Of a stretch of 64,000 nt of DNA, positions 1 through 13,491 are shown one piece after another. The stretch is from contig OZ024743.1 of NCBI GenBank assembly GCA_964016885.1, positions 682,001 through 746,000 of the forward strand, given 5' to 3'. Each line of letters starts with the position of its first letter. The first letter of the stretch is position 1. A model generated the notes under the pieces. That model was not told where the DNA came from. It worked only from the letters and a program-made list of their open reading frames with translations, and did no database searches. The position numbers and the translations under genes are program-made. The DNA is from Eledone cirrhosa (taxonomy: Eukaryota).

Positions 1-1267
1 GACCGAAATCCATAGTCTCTCCCGGCGCGCCGCCCCTCCCGAAAAGTCATGCAAAGTGCTACTGAAAGGCGGCGCACATCCGCTCTGGTTCAAGGATCAC
101 ATGTCCAACCTGGTCCTTCAAAGACCGAATCGTGGACTTGTTTCCACTTTGTGCCTCTGTCACTCGGGCCCAGTTTTGGCTCCCTCGTATCTTAGAGCAC
201 GTGTTTTACTCCTGACAACGGAGCCTTCGTGCTTTGCGTCAAAGAACTGGTCTAAGGCCGTTCTTGACACCAGCACGCTGGCCACGTTGCCACTCCTAAG
301 TGCCTCTTCTACTCTATCTACTAGTTCTTTTTCCGTTTTACCTCTATCTAACGCTAGTTCCTTGCTAAATCCTATTGATTCCAATCTAATTGCTCTCTTG
401 AGAGAGCTCCACCACCTGTTGCTAACTATTGCCCCCGTCAACTGTTGCTTAACTAATGTGCTAATTCGACTACTGTACGCTTTGCTTGTTACGACAAGCT
501 TGGTAACGACAAGCTAGTTCAGCTTCCAGTAGCCGGCTCCCTGTCTATGGGTTCTTTCAAGGTTGATTATGCAGGTCACTAATTTGTGATCTGAATACTC
601 AACCATAAACATTTGTGGACAGCTTAACATGTACCTATCCTTATTTCTAACTAGAAACCTATCTAAGTACGATCTAGATGTTCCGCTGCGGTTGGTCCCC
701 GTCCACAGTGGCACAGTCGGAAAATCTAGTCGGTATCTATCGGCTAGTTCAAATCGGCCGATTAACTGTTTGAGGCTGGTACACGCCCCTCTATTGGGAC
801 ATGCCCCCTACATAGTCCCAACGTGCATCCAGGATTCCATTCCAGTCCCCCACTAAAAGCAAGGAGCGGGACGTTCCCAGAAAAGTCTCTAGACGTTTGA
901 AGAAGTCCGGCTGCGGTGTCCCGGAAGGGGCATATGCGGCTACCAGCCTAAAGGCTCCACCTTCACTACTGTCGGCGTCTAGGACCACCAGTCGACCCTC
1001 CGGGTCCAGGTGTACCTTCTGCGTTGCAAGGCCCATGTGTTTCCGCAGGAAAACGGCAACTCCACCCCCCCATCCCGGCTGACAGAGAGATGCGTAGATA
1101 TCAAAGTCATCGAAGATGGGGGCCAGCTGGCGTTAGCTGTGGATCCTGGACTCGCAAATGGCTACTACATCCATACTGTGCGACCTGAGATTATTTAAGA
1201 GTTAGCCCTGTTTCCAGGGCATCCCCAGGCCGCGTACATTTACGCACCCAACTCTTATATCAGCCAT
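1..1267 (-). pseudogene. LINE ORF2 N-terminus, apurinic-type endonuclease; disrupted by stops
   Basis: ATG at 1267 gives MADIRVGCVNVRGLG, followed by LLVGDWNGILD, SYLDRFLV, YSDHKLV and GAGYWKLN, which are L1/Tx1 APE motifs. Confidence 0.85.
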
Positions 1268-3144
1268 GTTGGTGGTGAAGAGTTAAAAGTAGAGAAAAGA
1301 AAACACCTATCTGTTCGTCTCCTGGGGACCAGGTTGCACAATTTCCATGGGGGTGTTGGATGGGTTGTTTGGTGGGGTGGTGGTTTCTGGCGGGGTGGGG
1401 TGTCTGATGGGGTGGGGGTGTCTGGGGTTTGGGATGAAACATTTTAAGAGGATACGGTTCATAGATTTAATACAGGAGTTCCCTACGTCCTCCTTAAAGT
1501 TTTCTTTTTGGCGATTTGTAAGTGTCCGTAGGGACCTTGATCATCATTAAGTTTGGTCTGTTTGAACATTTTGTGAATTGTTTCCCTTCGGTTCCCACCG
1601 AAGTGTTTTTGGCGATGGGCTACATTAGTGTTTTATTGTTTGAGTTTATAGATGTGTAGTGTTTCTGTTGTGTTGTGTTAGTTTTTGTCTGTGTTTTGTG
1701 TTTCTTGTGTATGTTTTCGCTTTGTTGTAGGTGTTTGGAGTGTTGTCGTTTTGTTTTCGGGAAGGGGGGGGGGGTGATGTTTGTGTTGTTTGTGTTAGTG
1801 GTTGTGTGTTTATTGTATTTTTGTCTGTGTGGTGTCTCTTCTTTTTTCTTTTTATCGGACAGAAAGGCTCTCCCTCATCGTCACTGGGTGACGATGATGG
1901 GGTTTCGTCCGTTGTGATGTTCGTGTTGTTGGGGAGGGGATACATTTTGGGAAGCTGTTATGTGTGTGGGTGTTTCTGGAGTTGTTTTGGGTGGGGAAGG
2001 GTTGGGTGGGACTGTGTTCTGTGTTGCTATTTTTTCGTGTTGTTGTTGTTGTGGTGGTGGTGGTGGTGGTTGTGCTACTGTTGTAGGTGTGGGCAATAGT
2101 GTCCCTTTTTTCAGGGCACTCAACTGAGGACGCCCTCAGGTGACCACTGCTTGAACAGTGGTAGCATGAAGGCCGCCTGTACTCAACAGAAATGTTTATG
2201 AAGGCAACTCCTTCTAGGGACACACGCTGCGGTATTTTAGCTATCCGTTCTGGTCTCATTTGGACCAGAACTTCAATGCTATTACCGCCGAATACGACCC
2301 TGGTAGATTTGCCTATCGAAAGAATAGTGTCTTCTTCTTCTAGGAATCCAGTGAGCACCCACCAAATGCGAGCATTTGGTGGGTGCTCGAGATTCTTATT
2401 TTTTGTGTGAGTTTCCCTAAGTTTGTGGGGAAAAATGTGTATTGGTTGGACACAATTGGCGACACAGAATATTTCTGTGCCGTCAATTAGTCTGTCATTA
2501 AAATCGACAGACTTCCGTATAGTCTTCCTTTCTGAATTAAAGAAATATCTTCCATTTCTTAGGACCAGTTCAATTTCGGTTTGAGATAATTGAGCCGGTT
2601 GCCTAGTAATGTTCGAAATTGTCCCGAAGGTGTCCTTAGTACTGTATCCCTTTGAATTTCTTGGAGGGGAGGTAATTGAAAATTCGCCACCTTCCCCGAG
2701 AGTTACATACTTTCTTGCTTCCTTTAGCAAGTTTTTGGCATTTGATATGTCCAATAATGTGTAAGTTTCCGTCTCTCGGACGGCCTGTGCAAAAGAGACT
2801 CCGGTTGTGGATCCTTTTATGTTGGTGTTGTTATCATCGTTGTCGTTGTTGTTCCTGTTGTCTTCATTTTTTTCTTTGTTGGTGTTGTCGTTATTGCTGT
2901 TGTTGGTTGTGGTGTTGTCATTGTTGTTCTTGTTTGTGTTATTGTAACTGTTTGGGTTTGCACCCATTTTCACACATTTTTTAGGTAAATTCGTTTCCAT
3001 AATATCTTTTGAGAGAGTGAGGAGGGAAGGCTTAGAGCGTTGTGTTCCTACCTTCTCTCTATCACTTTCCTTGGTGGGCGTGGCATTTTCGTTCGTATGC
3101 GACGTAGTAATGGCGTCCTTTACTGTAGTCAAACGACTTTGCAA
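1260..3144 (-). pseudogene. LINE ORF1 (gag-like nucleic-acid-binding protein), frameshifted in its C-terminal low-complexity part
   Basis: 430-aa ORF at 1852-3144 with CYHCSSSGHLRASSVEC knuckle and Asn/Thr-rich tracts. It continues in other frames (SDDEGEPFCPIKRKKKR). Confidence 0.75.
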
Positions 3145-3882
3145 AATAACAAATTATAAATTTCGCCCCTAAAACGGGCGAAAATATGTTAACCAACCGT
3201 CCGCAAACTCAGACAAGGGGTTAAATTAAACAAATAACAAATTAATTAACAAACTTACAGTTGTTCGTAACAAATATCCATCAAACTTCAGGAGCGAAGC
3301 AAAAACACGCCTATCGTGTCTGAAGATAGATAGATAGATAGATAGAGATTGAAGACAATCTCTGAGAATGAGGTGTGTTAACTGTTTCATTTTTAAAGGT
3401 ACTGACCCAGGAAAAATTGATCTCACTGAAATCGAATGTGTATCATTTAGTATCAATCAGCAAAAGGCATCTCAATGTAACCACGTGATTTGCTAGATAT
3501 TGCGGCACCATTTTGCCAAATTTCTCTCCAAATCCCCTTGATACAATGGACGTGGAAGCTAGAAATATTCGCCAGATATCGCTCAAAGAAGGAAATTTTG
3601 GATAAAAGTAGTGCTACATATTCAAACATCGTAATGGAATACCGGGGACATCGTAATGGAATGACGGTAACATCATAGATGTATCGAAGAGGGCTGTACA
3701 GAGTGTAACAAAAACTACAACATTGACAACAACAACGAGAGAATCGAAATAGCCATCAATAAGTAAACAACTAGCAAAGAAAACATTCAAAATACAAAGA
3801 ATATTTATCTTAGGAAACTTCATTTGAAGTACTCCTAAGTGTCACATGAATGTTTGAGGTGATAAGAATTTGTGTCAGACGA

Positions 3883-3974
<92 letters not shown>

Positions 3975-4198
3975 AATGTGTGTGTGTGTAAGTGGGTGTG
4001 GGTGTGAGTATGTGTGTGAGTATGTGTGTGTCTGTGTGTATACATGTGGACGTTTAGATATATATGCGAATGTGTGATTATTTGCCACGAAATAAAGTAA
4101 AAACTGTTCATACACTACATACTCGCCTGGCTACGTAGGTAGGTCAGTAGATTGATAGGTATGTAGGTAGCCAGTTTTCAAAGTAGATAGATAAGTAT

Positions 4199-4254
<56 letters not shown>

Positions 4255-4362
4255 TGTATATATATGTGTGTGTGATGATTATAACCGAAGTTGCAGCTGT
4301 ACTATAGCAATAGCAGATGTTCATTATAATAAACATACATATATATATATATATAAATATAT

Positions 4363-4790
4363 TAGTTTTGCGAGGTTTATTATATGAAATCGTGTGTCGA
4401 AACAAATATTGTTATACTTGGGGAGGGTCATATTTGTGTAATATTGCCAGAATTAATAACAGAACACACTCACTGTTTGGTTGGTTTTCGCTTCTCGCTG
4501 TCTTTTATATCGGTAATCTAACTTACTCGGTCCTCAATGTTGCCATTGACTGACCGACGGTCAAAAAATAATACAGATACAATATAGACACAAACACATA
4601 TATATAGTTTATCATAAATCTTTCGTTGCACATCTGCAACATCGTCAGTGGTGTTATATTTTCCTCCTGTTGTGTTGTATGTCTACGCCATTTTTTATTC
4701 AGTCTGTCTAAAAAATGGCGTAGACATACAACACAACAGGAGGAAAATATAACACCACTGACGATGTTGCAGATGTGCAACAAAAGATTG
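4363..4790. mobile_element. PLE 3'-end fragment with a short fold-back and HHR-like motif
   Basis: About 4617-4700 is inverted at about 4708-4790. The minus strand reads CTGACGA-T-GTTGCA gatg TGCAAC-GAAA-GATT-TA. The left end (tattgttatacttggggagggtcat) resembles the end of the 44-48 kb PLE. Confidence 0.7.
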
Positions 4791-5008
4791 GTGTAAAGGT
4801 TTGCCAGGAACCCAGTGAACATCATTCATCAAGTATTCGATGGCTATTCACTCTCAAGAGTTCCCTCGCCAGTGTCAGGTATTGCTTGCCATCCAGCAGG
4901 GCGTCCAAAAACCAACCTAAGCAAGCTTAGCTGGTGACGACTCCATCAAGTAGCAGATTGAACTGGCCGACATGTTACTGCTAGCATATATGAGTGACCT
5001 GACCATAA

Positions 5009-5067
<59 letters not shown>

Positions 5068-5275
5068 TTTCTGAATTTGTTTAGCAAGATTCTTTATCTG
5101 AAATCGTGTGTTGAAACCGATATTGTTATACTTTGGGAGGGTCATGTTGCCAATAAGAAACACACGCACCAGTTGCTTTCACTTCAATTTATTATAATAA
5201 ATTTATAATAAATTTATAAATTTATATATTTCTGGTTGGTTGGTTGGTTCCACAACCAGATAGTTGTTTATATAT

Positions 5276-5320
5276 AGTCATAGTTCTTTCGTCACACACT
5301 CTGTGACCTCTTCAGTGACT
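5276..5320 (-). ncRNA. Minimal type I hammerhead ribozyme motif (mirror copy of 6192-6236)
   Basis: Reverse complement of the 6192-6236 motif. Confidence 0.65.
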
Positions 5321-6191
5321 GGGGATTCCTTTCTTTGCTTCTGTGCCTCTCCTTTGTTCTGTCCTACGCCATTTTGTTTCTGTGTGTGTGTTGTGTGCTC
5401 AGTCTGCGCATGCGTCACATCCGGGTGTCTGTGTGTGTTTATGTTCATTTATTTATTTGTTTATTTACATGTTACTGGATGGTTGTTTGTTCTATGTGTG
5501 TGTGTGTTTTCATTTTGTCCTTAATTGTAAGTTGTGATGTTGCTGTTCCACTCATATTTTCTATTTAATTTTGGTTGTAATTCTTTTATGTTTATTGCCT
5601 GTGTAATTTGTCTAAACATTGCGTCTTTTCTGTGTGTAGATTCTATTTTTATTTCTATGTTCTCTAATGTACTCTTGTGTTCTATTTTAGCATGTTGGTA
5701 GAGTACAGATGATTCTTTATTATCTTGAAGGTCTCGCCAGTGTTCATTTATATGAATAAATAAAATGAACACTGGCGAGACCTTCAAGATAGTAAATAAT
5801 GATCTGTACTCTACCAACATACTAAAATAGAACATAAGGGTAAATTAGAGAACATAGAAATAAAAATAAAATCTACACACAGAAAAGACGCAATGTTTAG
5901 ACAAATTACAGAGGCAATAAACATAAAAGAATTACAACCAAAATTAAATAGAAAATATGAGTGGAACAGCAACATCACAACTTACAATTAAGGACAAAAT
6001 GAAAACACACACACACATAGAACAAACAACCAACCAGTAACATGTAAATAAACAAATAAATAAATGAACATAAACACACACAGACACCCGGATGTGGCGG
6101 ATGCGCAGACTGAGCACACAACACACACACAGAAACAAAATGGCGTAGGACAGAACAAAGGAGAGGCACAGAAGCAAAGAAAGGAATCCCC

Positions 6192-6236
6192 AGTCACTGA
6201 AGAGGTCACAGAGTGTGTGACGAAAGAACTATGACT
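6192..6236 (+). ncRNA. Minimal type I hammerhead ribozyme motif
   Basis: AGTCA-CTGAAGA-G-GTCACA gagtg TGTGAC-GAAA-GAAC-TA-TGACT. Stem I is AGTCA/TGACT, stem II is 6 bp, and stem III is minimal. Confidence 0.7.
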
Positions 6237-6384
6237 ATATATAAACAACTATCTGGTTGTGGAACCAACCAACCAACCAGAAATTTATAAATTTATAAAT
6301 TTATTATAAATTTATTATAATAAATTGAAGTGAAAGCAACTGGTGCGTGTGTTTCTTATTGGCAACATGACCCTCCCAAAGTAT

Positions 6385-6423
<39 letters not shown>

Positions 6424-6427
<4 letters not shown>

Positions 6428-6613
6428 AAAATGTTCAAGACTCCGACGGCAGAGGTCAAGCCGTTTCAACGGCTATTTCTGAAATAGCCGTCGAAACGGC
6501 TTGAGCTCTGCCGTCGGGGTCTTGAACATTTTCCTATTACCCACTCTACTACCCTAAGTATTGAGTACTCTGGTGCGTTATGGTCCACCTGGTTCCTTGC
6601 CACACTTCCTTCG

Positions 6614-6617
<4 letters not shown>
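6424..6617. mobile_element. Short PLE-like 3' end with hairpin fold-back and 3' half of an HHR (family also at 28615-28791 and 53888-54027)
   Basis: Palindrome 6424-6537 plus a tail. Contains GAAA-CGGC..GCCG-TC-GGGGTC and is flanked by (TA)n. Confidence 0.7.
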
Positions 6618-6660
<43 letters not shown>

Positions 6661-6666
<6 letters not shown>

Positions 6667-6835
6667 TAAACAAATAATGAACAAACAATTCCTTATATTA
6701 AACAAAAAAAGTTCACTATTTAACGATCGTTTCTAGGGTATATATGTGTTATAATTAATTTCCATGATATCCGGAATACATTGAGTTCTTCATACGGATT
6801 GGACACTACCGTAAACTCTTGGTAGATTTATCTAC

Positions 6836-6836
<1 letters not shown>
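6661..6836. mobile_element. Rearranged 3'-end remnant of the PLE at 18053-20010
   Basis: Matches 18200-18280 in direct orientation, then 18053-18125 in inverted orientation. Confidence 0.75.
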
Positions 6837-6878
<42 letters not shown>

Positions 6879-7182
6879 TACACGCATGTCGTGGCAATCT
6901 GCCTTAGAGCATGTGTATATAGTTTATATTTTGAGTATCTTGACATGTAAACATACCAAATACACGTATTTCCCTGATTTATCGTGTACTTCCCATCTCT
7001 CTCACCCTCCCTCTCCCTCACACTCTCTCACTCCCTCCCTTCTCTCTCTCTCTTTCTCTCTCTCTCTGTATGTTGACATAGTTAGATTCCCGGATCATGC
7101 AGTACGTTAATTTCAGGAGAAGGCAGTTTCGTTGATTGAATCACTTGGAACACTCTTCATAGGAAACAACGTATGTACATCT

Positions 7183-7213
<31 letters not shown>

Positions 7214-7469
7214 ACACAGCTTTCTATTTGTATACTCTCGTAACACATGGTTCGGAAATAAATAGTTTTCAATTACATGCAGTTGTGTAAGACTTCCTTA
7301 GTATATCGCTCAGCTCCTCTTTGATTTGCACATCAGACACAAGAAGAATCACAATCCCAATATCTCATAAATATTTATGAAAACAAATGTCTGCAGCATT
7401 TGGTACATCAGTCCCTCACCGGAGATGGAAATAACGGTTAAAAATCTACAGAGGGAGATGAATAAAAAG

Positions 7470-7680
7470 AAAATACTGGCTTCCGATTTAGGCGCAAGGT
7501 CAACAATTTTCTGGGAAGGGAAAATCGATTAAATCGATCCCAGTGCATTACAGGGACTTTATCGACCCTGTCAGAATGAAAAGCAAAGCTAACTTCGGCG
7601 GGATTTGAACGCAGAACATAAGATCCGTAACTACATGCAGCAAAGCGCGTTGTCCTACGCTCTACCGATACTGGCAAGCT
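7470..7680 (-). mobile_element. tRNA-derived SINE (main ~190-220 bp family)
   Basis: B box GTTCAAATCC and central motif ttgcttttcattctgacagggtcgataaa shared with the other copies. Confidence 0.8.
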
Positions 7681-7730
7681 ACCGTGTGTCTACATACATA
7701 CGTACATATATATATTCATACATACAAAAA

Positions 7731-7870
7731 CATTCTGCATATAATAACTGCATGTACACATGTACAGATACAAAACATATTCACATGCACACATATAACT
7801 CAAAACGTCCATATCCACACATACAATAACAACTATACCTGCACACACACGCAGGCATACATACATACAT
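7731..7870 (+). mobile_element. 3'UTR fragment of the R4-like LINE at 11825-13072
   Basis: Matches the reverse complement of about 11935-12065. Confidence 0.65.
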
Positions 7871-8141
7871 TATAAATACATGCGCGCTCTCATATAAACC
7901 CACATTTCATTCACATACTAACACCTATAAACGTATGTTCATATATCTTGTATCAGGGATGTTTGTATCGTGCATATTTCTGTGCAATAATACTGCATTA
8001 ACATTAAACTCGATAAATGAAACTTTCTCAGAAGTCTATTCACATCACTACTACCATCATCATCATCATCATCATCATCATATTTATTGCCATCATCACT
8101 CCCATCACTCTCTCTCTCTCTCGCTCTCTCTCTCTCTCTCG

Positions 8142-8195
<54 letters not shown>

Positions 8196-9044
8196 TTTCA
8201 GTACTCACACACGTATAGCTATCTATAGGTGTTGCATATATGTATATATATATATATATGCTACATGTATATATATATACACTTACATACATACTTACAT
8301 ACACTTATACATACACCTCTCCTATGGAGGTCTTCTTGAATTAAATCTATATTCAAGGTATTCACTCGAGATCTAAAGAACTACAACAACCGTGGTTAGA
8401 TTCCCTGCCAAATTCTCATGAATCTTGCCAAGTTCTTAAATTCGCCGATGCATTTTCTCTTTCCCTATTCCTTTTTGTTTTACTAACGTTAACAAATTTA
8501 GAATCCCTTTGAATTATAATCTATAGATTTTAGCAATTATATAATCTAGCACAACTACTTCAAAGAGTTATAAGTACACGAGAACGTCTGAGGCAATTGA
8601 ATAACTACCGTTGTTGCTTTGTGCATAAGGTTTTCAGATAAATATTCAAGATATAAATGTATTGTTTTTTTGCGTTACGCTTCTTTTTACCAGGCATATG
8701 CCCAAATTTAAGGATTTTAGGCAGAATGTTCTAGCGATTCCTCAAGAGTATTATATTACCGAGGTATATAGATCCCACCCAGGGGGATGAATTGCAAATC
8801 ATTTTCAGCATAAAAATGAGGAAATTGATCTTTTATTCATAACCACTACCTACTCAGGAAAGAAAAAATTAACAACCTCATATATGATTTTAATAAATTT
8901 ACTAAATTTTATGTTAGTATCAAGCTGAAAATGAAATGTGCAGTACTGGCATCAATTTCCATATCCGAAACAACGAGGAAGCCTCATTTGACCTAGCATT
9001 TGCAGTTAAATATGCTCCAAATCCCTCCCTACCCATTTATGTAA

Positions 9045-9255
9045 TTATAAACGAGACAAACGGCCATACATTTGAGGAGTGGGGGTGGTAAATTATGTTG
9101 ACCTCAGTACATGACCGGTACGTTAATTTGTAGATCCAAGAAAAATGAAAGGCAAAGTTGACTACGTTGGGATTTGATCTCATAAAATAAAGAGAAGGAA
9201 AAATACAAGTTATTTTGCCCTTTTTTTTATAAGGATTCTGCGATTCCACTACCCT
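9045..9255 (-). mobile_element. Degenerate SINE (main family)
   Basis: tgaaaggcaaagttgactacgttgggatttgatctca motif. Confidence 0.6.
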
Positions 9256-9639
9256 AACAGTATTATATAATAACAGTATCTATTAGATATCTATTACATA
9301 TGACTGAAATATTTTAAGAAAAACTCTAATCTAAAAATATAATTCCAATTGTTGTTAACCAGATTATCTTGCGTCCTTGTTTTAACTGTAAAAAAAAAAT
9401 GGATTATAAACTACTCACTACACAATCAATACAGCAGAAACGCTGGAAGTGTTGCCTACATTTTGTCTATTCATTACTTGACTACCCTGTGGTCATCCTT
9501 CCCGTATTTATGTTTACCTTTCATGCTTTCATGAATGTGTGAAACGAGTCATTTGTATATGATTAGAGTTGGTCCTATAGGCATAAATAAAAGGTGTCAA
9601 ACATTTGATTGCTAGTTTGTATACACTCTAGGGAAAAAT

Positions 9640-10360
9640 AATTATGAAAATTCTGTGGATATGTTATTGGTGTGCTACTGTAGTTTTAGAAAATAATGGG
9701 TGAAAAACGACCAGAAATGCAGTATTGAAATGGGTCATTGCATGGTGTTCTCCGAAAAGCAATGAAGAGTGAATACATCCTTGTCGAATTCCCACTTTTG
9801 TTTTGATGAACTCTCCCATGTTGTTATTGAGGAGACATGCTCGGTTTGAATTCTTGAATATTACTCAGGTTGCTGCTGAAGCTGTAATCATTTAGCACAT
9901 GCTACAAACCCTCATGCCGAACACGGGCTAACGCTTTTTAGAAGTCGAACAATTTATGATAGAAGACAGAATATTGCTGCAGGTGTTTATCGATTAGCAG
10001 ATATCTAATATCAGATATTAGATATCTGCTGCAATCTACTCCTTTGGGGTCGGACTCTTGCCTTTTGTCCTGGAAAGATTTCTTCTGCTGTTTCCTTGAG
10101 TTTGTTTAGAATAACAGTACTTTACTAATTAGACTGATTACCCTATAATTCTGTCAATGTCTTATGTTGCCCTTCATGAGAATGCGTATCATTATTAATC
10201 GGGTACACTTCTTTGTTTCCCATATGTTTTGATAGGTAATTGTCACTGCTTTGATAAGTTTTGCCCCATCATATTTTAGGAGCACTGATGCGATTAATAA
10301 AGTGTCCAGAGTACTGGAAATGTATGCTAAGGTTGCTGGTGAGAACTGTCACCCAGTAAA
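9640..10360 (-). pseudogene. Decayed RTE-clade reverse transcriptase fragment
   Basis: Minus-strand peptides AEEIFPGQKARVRPQRS, F*KALARVRHEGL* and KVGIRQGCIHSSLLF resemble RT motifs QAGFR, DFxKAFDRVWH and GVRQGCxLSPxLF. Confidence 0.7.
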
Positions 10361-10459
10361 GAAAACTTTCCTTGAAACATATTTTTAAATGTTTTATTTT
10401 GCACAATAATTTCAAATTCTATAGTTGAGAAAATGGTACTCCAGAGTCGTAAGATCATT

Positions 10460-10610
10460 TGACAAATGCGTAGCAGTACGCTCTGAGTTCAAATCTCTCC
10501 GAGGTTAACTTTGCCTTTCATTTATTCAGGGTTGATAAAATATCATTCCAATACTGGGGTCGACTTAAGCAACTTTCCCCTCCTCAAAATTGCTGGTCTC
10601 GTAGTAAAAT
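10460..10610 (+). mobile_element. Degenerate SINE (main family)
   Basis: ctgagttcaaatctctccgaggttaactttgcctttcat motif. Confidence 0.65.
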
Positions 10611-11479
10611 AAATATGATTATACTGTATATCTATTTGTTTGTGTTTAAATGTATTTTATTTACGTTATAAATGCTTTTACAAATCTTCCTGGACTGGAA
10701 TTTTCTTAATAGCGATATATAATATACCCGATCCTTCCGATTTATGTTATTTTTTTTTCATTTTAAAATTAAATGTATTTTGATGTCTCTCAACTTGTAG
10801 AGCTGTCTTCGGGTACAAACAGTTGTCGAGAACTAAAATATCGACTCTCCGAACCGATTCACCACTTTATTCTCCATTAATTATCTCCGTTATCCAAGAC
10901 ATTTTTCTATATATTAACTGTTAAAAGTTAAAGAATATTTCCACACATTTGATATGGCGATTCGAATGTTAATACACCTGAGCCATATATATGACTGCTT
11001 TAGCTCGAGAGCAAGGAGATTTAAGTGCTATACACAAACGAAAAACAACAGTCATATCTTTTAACTCTATGGACCTGAACAAATCTGAAAACTCGTAAAG
11101 GAATAAGTCAACATAATACCTACACGGTCATTAAGCATCTGGAGATTAGTTATATATTGCAATTAGGAAAATAAAAACAAAGAGAGTCTAAATATGTTGT
11201 AGAAATGTTGAAATACTCATTACAGATTTCAGTTGAGATAAGTAACCAATTAAATCAAATGTCGGACAGCGTTGATACGATTAAATCCCAGCTGGTTGAA
11301 TATACTTCTAGAATATCTGCAAGAATAGCAAAAGAGGTATACAAAATAAAACATTACCCAACCCCATAAAAAAATGTGAAACTCTAAAGAAAAAGTCTAT
11401 AAACGAACAGTTGGTGTCGTACACACTTATACATACACACCGAATATAAATGTATATATATTCGGTGTGAGCTCTTTAA

Positions 11480-11710
11480 ATACTCTTGGTACATCAGCCT
11501 CATGAAGGTTACTCCCTGATGCACCTCGTATACATTAGATACTGTTGTCAACGGTTTTAGGAGATCAGCAAAATATTCTCCCCACTTCGCGAGGATGCAT
11601 CTCTCTGAAGAGATGAGAAACCAAGTCACGTTCCTGATAGAAGGCGTTGAGGAGGACTTCTTAGTCATGGTATTTTAGCGTTTTCCCGTGTTCTTTGTCC
11701 ATTTCCCTTA
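11480..11710 (-). pseudogene. RTE-like ORF fragment
   Basis: ISSERCILAKWGEYFADLL resembles the RTE linker ILxRWxEYFxDLLN. Confidence 0.55.
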
Positions 11711-11711
11711 C

Positions 11712-11742
<31 letters not shown>

Positions 11743-11824
11743 TGTATGTATGTATGTATGTATGTATGTATGTATGTATGTATGTATGTATGTATGATGT
11801 ATGTATGTACGTATGTATGTATGT

Positions 11825-13072
11825 TCTTCTGGTTTTATAATTTTACAAAGTTTTACCAATAGAGAGAGAGTCGGTTTCTAACATAGACACAAGGCTCTCT
11901 CATTGGAATTTACACAACATTAGCTAGGTAGATATGTATGTATGTCTGCATGTGTAGATATGGATGTTATTGTATGTGTGGATGTGTATGTTTTGAGTTG
12001 TATGTGTGCATGTGTATATGCTTTGTATCTGTACATGTGTATATGCAGTTATTAGATGCACAATGTTTGGAATGTTTTACTGTTCCATTAATGGATTGTA
12101 CTTGTAATTTCCTAACTAGTTGTGTTCTTTCTGTTCCTGTGAAGCCTAGCTTCTGAAGATTTGTATTGAGGCAGTGACTAACATACCCCAGTGCCCCAAC
12201 AATCACAGGCATAAATGTGAAGGTGTAATCAGGGTGGAGTATCTACAGATTTCTCATCAGCTCTGCATAAATATTCTCCTTTTCACTAATCTTTGATATT
12301 ATATTGGCATCTGCTGGGCAGCTAATTTCCACTACTGTGCATGTTTTCTTCTCCCTGTCCCATATCATAATATCTGGTCTGTTATGCCTGCATTTTATTG
12401 GGGTTTTTACTGGAACATTCCACCAGTACTCTTTCATATTATGTACATGGATGTCTTCCACATTGTTGTAGCTATTAATGTGTTTATTATCGGGCTATCT
12501 TTTTTACGAACTGCATTGTACAGTGTTTTGGCCACTACATCATGCCTCATACGTAGATAGTACCGCGATGACATCTGTGGACAGCTGCTGATGACATGGG
12601 TGATATCCTAGATGTTAGTTCTGCAGAGTCTGCACTTGTTATCACATCTAAGTGTTTTGCCTGAATCCCTATCTCTTTTGTGAATCAGGTATTTCGTGCT
12701 AATCTCCTGTTCCTGGATTGCAAAAGCGTATCCTTCAAAGTGGGAGTCAATATAGCGGTTGTTGGTCCAAGATAGACTACTTTCCTTATCTATATTACTC
12801 TCACTCTGGAGCTTCCTGGCAACATATCCATGATATAACATGCATGATTTTTTGCTGATTGGCATGCAGTTTTTCATCCATGGATTCACTGCGATACTGC
12901 TAAGCGACATCCCTGGGTGTGAGTTTTTGATTATCACACGGAATATCTCTCAAGGAGTTCCTTCCCAACTCTCATGATCTTATCTGTTTCATGCAGATAG
13001 ACTTGCTCGAGAAGCGGGCTCCTACGCTTCGAGGGTCGTAGATGTTGTCGGAGAGATATGATGCGACATTCA
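11825..13072 (-). mobile_element. R4/Dong-like (restriction-like endonuclease) LINE, 5'-truncated, between (CATA)n runs
   Basis: AIQEQEISTKY, CCHC knuckle CRLC..THVISSC, RHDVVA, HNRPDIMIWD..VVEISCP and PVIVGALG, followed by a 3'UTR ending in (CATA)n. In-frame stops are present. Confidence 0.88.
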
Positions 13073-13073
13073 A

Positions 13074-13104
<31 letters not shown>

Positions 13105-13137
13105 TGTATGTATGTATGTATGTATGTATGTATGTAT

Positions 13138-13490
13138 GATATAACACCTGCAACCCTGATGGTATCCAATGATGTTGACTTGTTCTTCTTTTTGGTAAAT
13201 ATCATCTTGGTTAAGAGAGTGGGACTGGCTTTGTGCAGTGCCTTTGCTCACTATAAAAGCTTCACGGCACAGACATTGCTTTATATCTGGAGATCTTTCT
13301 GCACTTGTTGTCACATGGTACCATGGGCCCAGCACTATGTGTCAATAATTGTCACAAGTGTAGTGTTTGTACCAGTGTTTTCAAGTCGCTGGCTGGACTA
13401 AAAAGTCACACTCGTTCAGCGCTTCAGTAGGGGTTCTCCTACATGGATATAAAGTAGTGGCCGTACTCGAAAACGAGTTGGCAGCCACCA
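13138..13490 (+). mobile_element. 5'-truncated copy of the non-autonomous RTE-UTR-like element (fuller copy at 61543-62129)
   Basis: Near-identical to 61783-62129. Ends in the hairpin gtggcc..actcgaaaacgagt..gccac followed by (TATG)n. Confidence 0.7.
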
Positions 13491-13491
13491 T

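Larger units (their letters stand above)
1..3325 (-). mobile_element. Tx1/L1-like non-LTR retrotransposon, 5' part (5'UTR, ORF1, start of ORF2); runs off the left edge
   Basis: ORF1 with a zinc knuckle is followed by APE endonuclease motifs on the same strand. The putative 5' end abuts (GATA)n at about 3325. Confidence 0.85.
5066..6391. mobile_element. Fold-back (inverted) pair of PLE 3' ends, same family as 44120-48143, between (TA)n runs
   Basis: 5122-5750 and 5765-6391 are reverse complements. They encode the C-terminus of the GIY-YIG domain (INEHWRD..SSVLYQHAKIEH..LNRKYEW). Confidence 0.9.
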
